Assembly: GCA_053919585.1 (NCBI GenBank)
Contig: CM132809.1
Source: Euprymna scolopes
Taxonomy: Eukaryota
DNA length: 64,000 nt
Strand: one strand, 5' to 3'
The notes under the pieces are model-generated. The model did no database searches. It was not told the origin of the DNA and saw only the letters and a program-made list of their open reading frames with translations. Made by a program: the position numbers and the translations under genes. This document shows, one piece after another, positions 25,066 through 38,654 of this stretch (position 1 is the first letter of the stretch; each line of letters starts with the position of its first letter).

Positions 25066-26134
25066 TGATCAGGAAAGAGAAATCTTTTTTCAAGACAAAA
25101 AATGTGTCTCCCACACCGCAAATATATCGAACACACTTTAAGTCTAATCTTAATAAATAACGTTTTTCATGGGTTTTCGCGTATCGAAGAGACACAATTG
25201 ATTACAAATTAGTATCAAACCATTTTATATGACTGCCCTACTGAACTGTCCACAGCAATATAAGATAATTATGCTGTCTTCATCAGTATTTAATGTTATT
25301 TTTTCAATTTAAGAGCTTCCAGCTTTTTCTTACTTTCCTGTTTATCTAAACAAGCATGCACGATTTAGTATTCTATGTTGTCTTTAAATAGAACTGTACA
25401 TGTGTACAAAACAAATTATAGAGAACATTTTTCATCTGTATAATACTTTTTTTTTAAATAATGCTACGTTAACATACAGCTTAAAACTAAATCGGAACTA
25501 TATCAATATTTTTAATAGACTGCGATTCGAATCACTTATGTAGAGAACACCTGCTGTCTGCTAGTGAGGTATAAATGTTTAATTGTCATTGTAAGCAAGG
25601 GGGCAATGTTTTACTCGTGTATTCATACAGAAGTTGAATAACGTGTTTAACGTGCGCACATTGTATAATATATATAGAAATCTATATACAGCGTTTGAGT
25701 ATTTCGCAAGTATAGGAATTAGGCATACATGTGTTTTCAGAAGATATATAAGAAACATAGAAATACAAGCATTACCACTCTATCGAGCGAAAAGCACGCG
25801 GGCTTTACCACAAAGTCTATTGATCATGGTATATAAAAAGTCAGTAGGTACTTAATAAATTTCATACAAACTTAATAGAAATATCCTCTCAGNNNNNNNN
25901 NNNNNNNNNNNNNNNNNNNNNNNNNNNNNNNNNNNNNNNNNNNNNNNNNNNNNNNNNNNNNNNNNNNNNNNNNNNNNNNNNNNNNNNNNNNNNNNNNNNN
26001 NNNNNNNNNNNNNNNNNNNNNNNNNNTATGTCTTGCCAAGAATAAGCTAGTATATGGTGACTATTATAAAAACATGATTACATATAATGATAGATGTATC
26101 GAGGATCAGAAATGGGTATGTTTACACTGGCAGG

Positions 26135-26500
26135 ATGGTGGTTCATAAAAATTGTGGGGTCAGCGTTCGCGCCTGGCCCCGAAAGTATGAAAAAAATAAA
26201 AATAAAAACTTTACAAGGGTGTTTGATATAGATTTACATGAGAATACTTTGATAAGTATTTTTGAACTTAAATAGTGATGGTATAATAAAATTGCGGGGT
26301 CTGAGTTCGCGCCTGGCCTCCATGGAAAAAAGGCACACACTTAACAAAGATTTTTCATATCTAATAGCGTAAATATACATTGATAATTATGTTTCACTTT
26401 GAAGAAAAATGGTATAATGAAATTCTGGCGTGTTCGTTCGCGCCTGAACTCCATAGGATGTAAATATGTCACAAATTGTACAAGGATTTTTAAAGGGGTG
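26135..26500. repeat. three degenerate tandem units of about 135 bp
   Basis: GTTCGCGCCTG at 26165, 26305 and 26436, each preceded by ggt(a/t).at..aaatt. Confidence 0.75.
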
Positions 26501-28212
26501 AGGGTCCACAATAACATCTTAACTTTAATCTTAATTCCCGTTAGATTTTATTTATTTACTGTTTATTTATTTTTTATTTATTTTGTCGAATAAATTCACT
26601 TCATAAATTCGCGTTCTTATTAAATTGAAAGGCAAACAAAAAGTTGGAACGTTAGACAATTCTCGACATAAATTTTGCATAACTCTGATTTTCACTTCTC
26701 AACTTGCATGTGCCACTCTTAAATAATAAAAAATGAGAACGACTCTTGTTAGAAGGAAAAATCCTGCTCACGTAAATACGTGTCTTTTTAAAAACATTTG
26801 CATAACCATTTTATTTTTTGTTTATATATTTGTTTATACTTTTTTGTCAGTGTACTAGAAGGAATCAAGTTGATTACACACGTTTCTGTGTGTATTTACG
26901 TTAGTACAACCCTGATTCGACGGAGCAATACTACACCGGTCAATACTGAAAACTGAAACGAATCCGTCCAGCTTGTAAAGGGCGCAATTTTTTTCTTATT
27001 CATATTTATACCCATTCTTTGCTTAAAATAACTAAATTTTTTTTTTTTTTACTTTTTTTAATATCCCATTTTGCTGGTTCGGATTATTTTACTAAAGTAA
27101 GTAAAGCTTCATTATTTTCCAAATCTGTTTTTGTTTCTTTGTTTTTTGATATTTCCTCGATATTATTTAGTAATATTGTTAAGCAGAAAAGCCAACAAAT
27201 GACTACCGAAGAAATAAATATGCAAGAAATAAATTTAACCATAGTCAATAAAAGTTCAGTTCATGTTTTTATTTGTTTTGAAATAGTTTAATGCTCTTTA
27301 GTTTAAACAATTTCTGCGAACCGAAATTAAAACGAAATTTAAGGCTATAACTACCTAAATGAATTTTTATATAAACTTCACATGCCATAATCGAATATTC
27401 CTCAAACACAAAATAACTGAAAACATAAAAAGATGTTTATAAATATGCCTTACGTTGACGGACCTCTCTTAACTTGTTAAAACAGAATGCTTAGGTGCCC
27501 CTCTTAAAATTGAAAACGACATCTCCATTGCAAAGTCACTGCAATCTTGATTTTTTTTAACCCGGTTCGTGAATTAAAAAAAAAATATTACAAACTACTG
27601 AAAAGTACAAACCAATGTACTTTTCTACCATAAAAGTAAATTTTATTGACAGTGATAACATTATTTTCTTGTATATTTATATAATTTATTATATATATAA
27701 CATTTTATTTTTGTAAGGAAACATCATTTTGTTGGTCACTCTTGGCTAGAAATGGAAACAAAGTTATAGAAAAAATATATTTTCGCGAAAATTATCTTTA
27801 CTTTCATCATATTTTGCTCAGGGTAATTTTTTTTCAATTTACGTGATAATTAAATTAGTGAAATATAATGAACGTCCGTTGAATGGATAAAAATACTTAT
27901 ATTACAACAAATGAACGCGTCTTATGTCTGTGCTAATAGCTACTCCCAATATAAAATGCTGTTCGAGAAATACCAGCAAGGATTGATATAGTGATAACAT
28001 TATAATATAATAAATATACACATGAAATATTGCAAGAAATGGAAAAAGAGATGTAGATATATGATAACTTATATAGAATCAGAAAAGGCAACACGAATGG
28101 AAAAACACTCTGGAAAGAAGAAAAAAAGCAAAGAAGACAGTTCGAGTTAGAAAGACTATAAAAATAATTATATATCGAGGACGTGACTTCAAATATGGCT
28201 TCAAACGAAAAG

Positions 28213-28271
<59 letters not shown>

Positions 28272-30059
28272 ACACACACACACACACCCACGTTCCCGTT
28301 CTAATAACGAGCTTGGAGAAAACTCAGAGTAAAAACAGTATTTAAATTAAAGGGAGATTATCGGCTAAAAGTGTCGAAAATAAAAAGCCGTTAACCTAAG
28401 TGTTTTGAACATAAAACTCGCAACATCTTGCAAACCGTTCGAGATTGGCCTGTCCGAACAGTGTTTTTATTGATTTCTGGGCGGATATTTTCTCGGACTC
28501 AAGGGAGACAGCTGTTAATTTCATGTCTTCATAATGTTACAACTCGGTACATCCTCTTCACACTCTGCTTGTTCGACTTTCTTGACTATGCATTTTCCCC
28601 TTTTCTTTATAGTATTACCTTACTTTTCCCATGTAATGTAATCGCTATGTATGCATTAAAACACACGATACACTATTTCGAAGGCTGGAATTAGTTTTAT
28701 TTTAAGAGTAGTACACAGCACGGTCAATTAGAGATACAGGTCATGCTGGTAATCTCTACATGATCAATTTTAGATCTTCCCAGTACGATGCGCTTAGCCA
28801 AAGATGGAATTTTCTCCAATCTTAGACATACCTATTTACTTGAATCTTGTTTCGGCAATCAGTATAGAAAACTATCATTTTCCTGCTCTTATTTATGTGT
28901 AGGTCGTATATTTAGTTAAATTTCTATTTGTACTCGCGCTGTCTATCGAACATGTTTGCTATATTACTTATTAACAGGGAAATCCGAGGATGACCGAAAT
29001 AAAATAAAAAATAAATTAATATTTCACAATCACATATGTTGTTTTTCACCGAAATCTATGAAATCAACCATTTTCCAATGAAATTGATTGATTCACTGTT
29101 GTAATTGCGGACACGTCGCGATGCAGCGATAGAATTCTTCACACATCTCTGAAAGTGGCTCAGTTTCAAATGCATTTGAAACTTCACTGCTTCTAGATTA
29201 AGTTCTGGTTACTTTATAAAATTACTCTTTCTGTATATAATGTCCCGAATTAAAGTTAAACATGCAAAAGAGAGAAGCATACTATTAAGAACACACCCTT
29301 TCCATATTAAGTATTCTATTGTTGATTTTATATATCTGTTTTCTTTTAATGTTTTCGACGTGATAATGACATGTTAACATATTAACAATGAATAAGTTAT
29401 GAATTGGTGAAATTCCCTTTTGAAAGAGACACTTTCATTTCGAACGCGTTTCTCTCATATGAAAAATATACTGTTGAGTTTTTATGTCGAGATATTCTGC
29501 TTGTGTTATTATTATACATTATTTTAGTGCAAATTGAGTGTGACTGCAGTCAGGGAGGTGGGCTGCATGTGCGAACTCGAAACCCGAGAGATGGGAGGCG
29601 AGAAGGTGACGAATCAGCAGGTTTGATTGCGCATTAATTTGGATAAAGGAGAAAATATAAGGTGGGGAGTTAAGATGTTTGAGAGAGTCGAGCCGTTAGG
29701 TTCTCGACAACCGGATGGAATCTGGTTAGAACGGAGAGTGTCGCTGAGAATCGAGTTCCGGTTTTTATTTTCGATTAGAAGCTATTTCGGCGTTAAATAT
29801 GGAACCAATGCGGCCTAGATGAAATGGGGGATTTTAAATTATTCGCGTCGAACCTGAAAAATAAAAATTCGTGTTAAAAATTGAAAAGCATTGTAAAATA
29901 AAGAATTGAATAAGTCGTGTAAAACTGCAAAGGTTGAAAATATGAATTGAGTCGGACATTTTGTCCTTTTGTTAGTAAATCCCAGTGGATTTCTGTAACT
30001 ATCGTCGTCAAATGAACGTGTTGGAATGAAATTCGTTGCGGAGCTTGCTTCAGTAAAAT

Positions 30060-30920
30060 CGTCGGTTTGGTACGCTATTGAGTGTGTTTTTGGTGGTCGA
30101 ATGATCCTAATGGAAGTCAGGAGGTCAGGAGTCTGTGATCTGTCCAGCATTCATCCGCCCCGGGCATGGATCGCGTGATGTGGACGTCTCCTCGGTCTCT
30201 GGGTTTGGTCAGAATGTAGTCTAGAGTGTACCACTGTTTTGATCTGGGGTGTCTCCACGTGGTATTTTGTCTTTAGGTAGATGGAAGAACGTGTTGGTTA
30301 CCACGAGTTGATGTTCTGCACATACATCCACTAAGAGATTGCCCATTGACGTTACAGCTTCCAATGCCTTGGCGGCCGATGATTCTCTCAGAAGCGGTGG
30401 CCCAAGCCTATTCGGGCGTAAAATTCGCCAAGCACAAAAAGCTTGTCATTGACGGGCACTGCCTGGATTGTACGGTTAAGCTGGGTGTAGAAGGCAGCTT
30501 TGTCTTCAGCGGTAGGGGTTAAAGTAGGGGGTAGACTCAAATGAACGTTAAGTGTCTATCCTGCGTGATGGTGATGCGGGCACTCATCAGGCGCTCACTG
30601 ATGGCCTTAGAACGAGATGGTGCTGCTGCACCAGCTGCGAAGGGATGCCAAAGCCGATACCGTGGATGCGTGGCTCCTCTGGGACCCTGAATCCCCAGAA
30701 GATGGTGGAGTCCGTTCAAGACTTCCTTAAGGCAGTCGGGTTTCACTTAGAGCCGCCACATCAACATGGAAGCGGCGGGCTCTTTGCCGACGAAGGCTGT
30801 TTTTGGTTCTGGGCAGTTTGTGTTCGTCACATTTTTGAGCGTTCAGATGTGTCATGAACCTATGGTAAAAATCTTTTTGTGACCGCATTAGTGGGATGCC
30901 GCCGGTCACCGTAAGCTGAC
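30060..30920 (-). mobile_element. RTE-type LINE fragment (APE endonuclease)
   Basis: DVAALSETRL, ISERLMSARI, VYPPTLT..KAAFY, VLGEFYARIG, HPRSKQWYTLDYIL and CWTDHRLL across frames. Confidence 0.85.
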
Positions 30921-31178
30921 NNNNNNNNNNNNNNNNNNNNNNNNNNNNNNNNNNNNNNNNNNNNNNNNNNNNNNNNNNNNNNNNNNNNNNNNNNNNNNNN
31001 NNNNNNNNNNNNNNNNNNNNNNNNNNNNNNNNNNNNNNNNNNNNNNNNNNNNNNNNNNNNNNAAGGTAACTCCGCGGATTGAGGAATATCCGCTTATCTT
31101 GTGGTAGCTTTTTTTAAAATTAAATATGCTTTTAACGCCTTTTCAAGATGTCTTGTAACATGTTTTATTAATCATTTG

Positions 31179-31235
<57 letters not shown>

Positions 31236-31237
<2 letters not shown>

Positions 31238-34200
31238 TTGCTACGTCTTTCCAGATGAGTGCCACTCCGTCAGTCACTAAAAGTCCATGTGCCTGAAGAT
31301 GTCTTTTCAGCCCTGTCAGCGACTTGCGCAGCCTCAAGCAGACATGACACAGTAAACGGTCATTGGTTTGGATGAAACTAAAAACAACGGGACTAGTATC
31401 ATCGTACGCTTTCATGTGATTAACAAAACCTGCCTAAGACGACAGAACCCGATCACACATCTCCCATCTGCAAAGATCGCCATGATTGGGCGGGAGGGTT
31501 TGACATTTTCATACATGTTCACTTAAGCTTCGCCTGGGCTATTTTGGCTGCTTTAATGTGCCATGCGCATCTGTATATCAGCGTCTTCTACTGCACGAGA
31601 TCACATACTAGGGACACAAAACTGTCAGCAGGAATATGAAGGCTCAGCGGTCTCTCCTCAATGCTGTCACTAAAACGTTTGTGGGGCTTGTACTGGGTTC
31701 TTGTTCAAAGAAAGAGCTCACAATAAAACAACTGTTTTGGGAGGCGAGATTTTAAAGCCGGATGAGATGACCCGCATCTTTTTCTTAATAACGATGGTAG
31801 AAGTACTTGTTGTTTGTGGCCTTATTTAAGACATATGTATCACTGACAAACCCATCCCACTTTAAACCAAGAATGTGTCAAAGACAGTGTTGATGGAACC
31901 TCTCGAGCAATTCTATATGTGACCGGTACAATGTCCAAGTTTCGGATGTGTAGAGTAGGCATCGTACTAGACATGCGTGATGATCTAATATTTTAGTTGT
32001 CTGAGTTAGATCACAGTCAGACCAGGCTCTATCTTTTAACCTTCCAAAAGCATCTGATTTCTTGCTGATTCTCTGTCTTATTTCCGCATAAAGGGTGGCA
32101 TCATTTGATAAGGTGCTCTGAAGGTAGACATGTTTTTACGATACCAAGGCGCTTTCCGCAGACGAAGATATCAGGTTCCAGATAAAGATCATCAGGAGCG
32201 GGAGTGTGCATGACACAAGTTTCCTTAATGCTAACTTTCAATCCGTAAAGATGTGTAAAGAGACCCATCATTAGTTGCATATCTATTGGGGAGTGTGTTA
32301 CCAGGTCAGCATCATCAGCATACAACAGATCGCATACAAGTCGATCACTAACAAGTGTTTTGGTTTGGAATCTTCTGAGGTTGAATACATTTCCATTCGT
32401 TCGAAATCTAATATAAACACGAATATCTCAATCGTGGAAACCATACGAGAGGACATTAGTCAACTAGAGCGAAAACAATGTTGGTGCAGCTATATCATTC
32501 TGCTTTACACCATTATCAATGGGGAATTCTTCCGAAATCCGAACATAGAATTTCACGTTACCTTCCATACTATTATGAAGTTGTTTGAAATTTTCCGAAA
32601 AAGCAGGTCTACAGCTAAATTGTTCCAGCACTTTCCAAAAAGCGTCATGGTTGACTATGTCAAAAGCCTTGGTTACGTCCAAATCACCTGGCAAAGAGGA
32701 ATACGCTACTCAATAAATTTTTCCAAAAGATGTCTTTAAGAAAACACCATATGCACCCACCGTCCACCTCTAAAACCAAACTGGGATTCCGAAAGTATAA
32801 CAACACATATATTTTTTAATAATATTAAAAAGAACCGTGCCAATACTTTTCCATCCGCATCAGCAGCGAATGATTCCGATAATTTCCACAATCGGACCTT
32901 GTATACTTTCGTTTGTACAACATAACCAGGATGGCATTTGTCAAACTCTGGGCAACCGAGTCACCCTGCCATACTGACAGTATTAAAGAGTTGACCACAC
33001 AAAATACATTGACACCACCATGTTCCAGCAGCTCAAAAGAGACGCCATCTAGCGCGTAGGGCTTTGTTTGAGTTTAATCCTTAAAACCAGTCAGTAGTTT
33101 CCACAAGACTGTGTTCAGCATCAAGTTCCGGACAACTGACTCTTTGAGGGGTATATTCTATTGCAGCAACATCAACATTGGATCATTTGTAAAAAAAAAA
33201 ATTATGAAAGTATTCATGCCATCGATACATAATTTCATCAGAGATTTGCAGAAAGGTTTTCCCATCCTTCGCATGGACTGAGGTAGTTGAAAAAGATTTC
33301 GGACCATAAACTTGATTAAGAAAAGTGTAAAATGTCTTGACAGCTCTATGATCGTAGGCAGTCTGTATCTCCCTAGAGAAGTCAGACCACCAGTGTTTTT
33401 ATTTGACGCACACAGCATTAAACCTCAAGCCGCTGAGAAGACAAGTGGACAACGAAAGCTGAACTATTCAGAGGTGAAGAGTTAGAAGGTTCCAATAAGC
33501 TTTCCGCTTTCTATCAATTTGAAGGGTAATTTCATTGGAATTATTAACAAATAAATCTCGATGCCTGGGAACCGTCAATCCAAGAGATTCAAACTTTTTG
33601 GTATATTGTATCTCTTACTGCCTCCCAATCACAATCGGCGAAATCCACCTGCTTGGAAGCAAATTTCAAGGAACGTCATACAACTGAATCCTTTAATTTT
33701 GAAACACCAATACGCTTAGGCACTTAGACTCCATTTAAACGGCTTTTTTGCGACCTGTAATTTCCAGTTAAGCTGTGACCATTAAATAATCAGTACCACA
33801 GTCGGCAAAACGCATTACTCTAAATTTTCAAAGATTTAACAGACCAGCATGTCTACACAGTATGTAATCAAGCAAATGGCCATATTTGACTAGGGATGGA
33901 ACAAGGTCTCCTTGTTTTTCTGGTGGGAAGAATTGATGGTAATAGCAAGATTTAGTTCAATGTAGAGATGAAGAGAAATCATACAATTTATATTGAGTCC
34001 ACCAATGCCATATGCACCCAACAGAGACCAAGTCTCATTGTCTGATCAAACCTGGGCATTTAAGTTTCCAAGAACCGCCAAACTCTCAGCACTTGTCAAT
34101 GCGCTGAGAACAGCTCTAAGCATTTTATAAAAGGGAGTAATATCTTCTTCAGGCGAAGAAAGAGTCGGTGAATAGACAAAAAGAACATTGATGCAACGAC

Positions 34201-35250
34201 CAGATGAAAAGGGGATTCTCAATGTAATTGCAAGGTCATATATGTATACTAACTATTCGATATTGTTAATTAAGAGTTCTTAACTGCAGAGATAACCCCA
34301 TTCTCACACCTCTTATTTTCAGATCTACCAGACCAGAAGATCGTGTTGCCTGACTTAAACGCAACCTGTTTATCCTCACGTGCGGAAACTGTCTCAGAGA
34401 GTGTAGCAATGTATATATTGTATCTTCACAATTCCTTTGCCCAAATTGAAGTCTCTCGTTCTAGTATTTTACTATTGTCAATAAGTGTTATAATATTCCA
34501 GCAATACAGATGGAGTGGGTATCTTTTAGCATAATATCTTCTGTTCCTTTTCATATGGACGGTCATAAGACGCTGGTTGCTGAACAGCTAGTCAAAGGCT
34601 GCCTCTTGGGTAAGCAGTGCGATGCTGAAAAAGCTGCGCAGCCACAAAAAACACACCAAACAAACAACCATCTAAGTAGTGTTTCGAAAAGCGATGTCAG
34701 GAAAGGCTTTTTGTCACCTGTCTGCAGTTCAGTAAGTACATGCTACCAGCCCGTCAGTCCAAATTGCGTCATTATTTTCCATCATCATAGGACGTTTTTT
34801 TTTTTAGAAATATGTCTGAGGGAGTATCTGTACAAAGATTTTATTACAGAAATTTAGCTTTGTACGAAGGCTAGTCTCTCTCGGTACAAAATGTTGATAT
34901 CCATCAACAAGAAAGAGCAAAATAGCGAAAAAGTCAAATTACAGATAAGCTTAATGCAGATCTCTCCTTCCGATTTATTTTTTTTAATAAGAGGTTGGCT
35001 TCTCCATAAAGAGGTCACCTTGATCTTGGCTTGCTGACTCCCTCTCCACTCCAATACTATTCGATTCATGTCTAGAAATTAGGTTGCTGGTAATCAGAGC
35101 ATACTCAGCATGCCCCAGCAGAGAGGACTTGAGGTTTCTGTCAGTGATTACTCCCCCTTAGCATTTGGTTAAAAAACTTTGCCCAACAAGGCAGTAGGCG
35201 ACAAGTTATATGGCGCAGAACACTCACTGTTCATCAGAGCCTCAACAATG
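31236..35250 (-). mobile_element. RTE-type LINE, near full-length, decayed
   Basis: APE remnant at 33800-34510. RT motifs DVTKAFDIVNH, GVKQNDIAAPTLF and LYADD (ORFs 32464-32694, 32101-32325). C-terminal C2H2-like CHVCLRL.KSLTGLKRHLQAH. The 3' end runs into (TA)n at 31235. Confidence 0.88.
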
Positions 35251-36105
35251 AATTAATAAAAACAAACCCATCATATGCAACACGTATAAAACGTCATGAA
35301 TCTCGGTGTTAATTTTGGATCAAGAGAAGCAGTTAAACACTTCCTCAATAGTCATGAGGATCGTGATGATGATTACAATTAAATTAATTAAAACCATGAA
35401 TAAAAAGAATATCAATATATGTAAGAACAACTATAGATGAGAATAGTTTTACTTATATAATAAAAGTATATATATATATATATATATATATTGATGTATA
35501 TGAAATAATATATACATATATAAATATATGTATACATATATATATATATATTCGAATACATAATTATATATCTTCAGACACGCTCATTTCAAGAAAATAC
35601 TAAAAATGTAAACAAATGTCATTTTTTTACCATAGTAGTACTCCCTTACAGGTATGATGTTATTGTATCAGCCATGAGCTGCAATTAAGATATAACAAGC
35701 CAGAGGGAATATGTCTGTCTTTCAAATAGTCACAGATTCCATAGATGATTTGCAAATTACTTTGGAGTTTTTTTTCGGGTGTTTTTCATGTACGCCAGAT
35801 TTAGTTTTGGCATTTTATTTAGCATTAATTTCTAAAGTAGAAACATAAATGATCATTACGGAATAGTACGTAAGAGGATGTGTTATATGCAATATCAAGT
35901 ATNNNNNNNNNNNNNNNNNNNNNNNNNNNNNNNNNNNNNNNNNNNNNNNNNNNNNNNNNNNNNNNNNNNNNNNNNNNNNNNNNNNNNNNNNNNNNNNNNN
36001 NNNNNNNNNNNNNNNNNNNNNNNNNNNNNNNNNNNNNNNNNNNNNNNNNNNNNNNNNNNNNNNNNNNNNNNNNNNNNNNNNNNNNNNNNNNNNNNNNNNN
36101 NNNNN

Positions 36106-36245
36106 AGTGTCCCCGTACTTTTGGCACATTCAATAGTTCCCCTTTCGAACTCTTTATTTTCGGCATAATTTTACGCTATCCATTTTTTCCTGATGAGATG
36201 ATAGCCGAAACGGCTCTTGAGAAACCGCCGCCTATTTTATTTAAA

Positions 36246-36250
<5 letters not shown>
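36106..36250 (+). mobile_element. solo PLE-D-family pLTR fragment ending in (TA)n
   Basis: agtgtccccgtacttttggcacatt is the reverse complement of 18331-18355. Confidence 0.75.
36184..36224 (+). ncRNA. minimal type I hammerhead ribozyme
   Basis: TTTTTC-CTGATGA-GATGATAGCC-GAAA-CGGCTC-TT-GAGAAA. Core intact, stem I has one G-U pair. Confidence 0.75.
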
Positions 36251-36301
<51 letters not shown>

Positions 36302-36304
<3 letters not shown>

Positions 36305-36943
36305 TTCTTTAATATTGTCGTTAAATTATCCTAAATATCTATTTTCACTTTTACTTATTTATTCTATGCGTTATATTGATTGCATTTAGAGTACTCCTGA
36401 AGAATTTCCTTTAGGTAGTGTCTTTGTTTGTTGTCCGGTCCTCCCGGTTTATTCGAAGCGTTTGTCTTCTATGTAAACACACCTCAAGGTTTTCTCTGCG
36501 GACGTATAAACAGGTCTTTTGTGGGACATTGGTAGTCTTTATAATGTGGTATTTCTCCGCATCAAACAGAGGGCACCGTTTGGAGGCTGGTTAGAATACC
36601 GGTCTTCTCTCTATGATCTTTTACTTAATGCTGATTTGTGTTTCACTGTGTTTAACTGCCATACTCGGGCAGCTAATATTGTCTTTACGTTTGTTATTGC
36701 ACTAAAGGATCTGATATGCATGTAACATCTCTGCTTAAACATAAACATCGACTGTGTCATACCTATGTATATTTCCTATGTATCACAATCCTGATGCATC
36801 AGCGCCGCTAAATATACAAGGGAGTTTGCCCTGTATCTTCCCTCTAATGGGCAATCTTTATTTGAACTGCATAACAGTCCGCATTTTCCTTTTCATTGTG
36901 TTCCCTTGCAACGATCATTTTACTGATAGTGTGATAGAACAGA

Positions 36944-36945
<2 letters not shown>
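36302..36945 (-). mobile_element. Naiad-type Penelope-like element, GIY-YIG 3' fragment
   Basis: Minus strand DCPLEGR..NSLVYLA..EIYIGMTQS..FKQR..H.RSF..TILAARVWQL..KIIERRPVF.PASKRCPL.DAEKYHII..RRE.LEVCLHR. Bounded by (TA)n and (ATT)n. Confidence 0.7.
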
Positions 36946-36988
<43 letters not shown>

Positions 36989-37099
36989 ATATTAATATTA
37001 TTATTATTACTATTATTATTAGCTATCTTTTCTGCATGCATGTTCTCATAGTTTCATATCTTATGTGCACATACATTGATTCCATTTGTATCTTGCAAT

Positions 37100-37520
37100 T
37101 TTATTTATCTAGTAACTTACAGATCTTTTTCGTTGTCGATGCATTTAATCCTACTTTTAAATAAATAACTGCACTAAAGTTGGATGTAACTAAGCTTACT
37201 TTGAAAGGACAGATTCTTAGATTTTGCAAACACTGCCCCCTTATAAACTGCATGCGCATTACAGGTGTCAAACTGCATGTGACAATTATTCAACAACCAA
37301 ACATTATGTCTATCTTAATCAGCGCTCCAATATTAACTGCCTGTCTCTCTCCTCTCATTTCTTACAGCTCTGTCGGACTGCAAGTTTTTAGCCATCTCAC
37401 GCCCTTGTTATCAACCCTTATTCTCTATCATTCCTCCCCTGATTCTATTTCTGTCCCTGCCTGGTTTAATACATTAGACTTCCCCCTCGCCCCTTAATTT
37501 AAAACCCCACATAGACCCTT
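37100..37520 (-). mobile_element. possible second, very decayed Naiad-type GIY-YIG remnant
   Basis: Only weak echoes (KSNVLNQA, GSVCKI.ES). Confidence 0.3.
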
Positions 37521-37700
37521 CACACTTTCAAATTACTTTCAACACTTTACTCCTCCTATATATATACTCTGTAATGGGTTTGATCACTCTCTCCATATTT
37601 TCTTTAATTACTACTTTTCTAGATATGCATGGGTGTATATATTTACAGGCACAAACATACATTCACACACACACACACGTATATATATATATATATATAT

Positions 37701-37731
<31 letters not shown>

Positions 37732-37921
37732 TTCTGTAGAAATATATTTTCTTATTATATTTCATTCCTTATATAAGAAGTTCAATGTGATTACAGATCA
37801 AAATATAGAATAAATGACTCCAAGGTATATTAAAAAATCCATGATGTTGACAATCTTATAATTTATTCCTTTAAATATGTTGATTTTTGCAATATAACTT
37901 TTTTGACAGTGTCTGTAAATT

Positions 37922-37995
<74 letters not shown>

Positions 37996-38115
37996 AAAGG
38001 AAAGATAATGCTATTATACAGATATTAAAAGTCAGCAGAGTTGCAGTAAGAGATAAACAGAGGGAGAAAAATGGGGAAGGGGGAAACCTACTGAAGGTAA
38101 AATGTTACAAATTGA

Positions 38116-38183
<68 letters not shown>

Positions 38184-38252
38184 ATATATATATATATATT
38201 TTCGAAGAAGAAGTGCGTCTTAGGAATAACCCGTATATATAATTGGAATAAC

Positions 38253-38318
<66 letters not shown>

Positions 38319-38510
38319 TTATATATAAGGTTTATTCCAATGACGCACTTCTTCTTGTGCCTGTCAATGGAAGTAGCTCTTTATGATGGAACCTTAACCG
38401 AATCAAGCTGTCTATCTACATTTCTCTCTATTCCTCTTCCGATCTGTCTGTATGTCCGTCTGTCTGTCTGATTGTTTCCGTCTCTCTTTCTCTTGTTCTC
38501 CATATTAATA

Positions 38511-38561
<51 letters not shown>

Positions 38562-38654
38562 TACTGCCGACCTCTACAGTAATATAAATACTAGTCAGCA
38601 ACACATAATAATATTACACCATGAAACAAAATCAAGAATCGAAAATGACTTAAA

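Noticed and set aside
26135-26500. CRISPR-like array
   Set aside because: Eukaryotic context, the spacers are homologous to each other, and there are no cas genes.
29535-29830. GC-rich segment as an LTR
   Set aside because: It starts with TG and has a TATA-like box, but no CA end, TSD or PBS was found.
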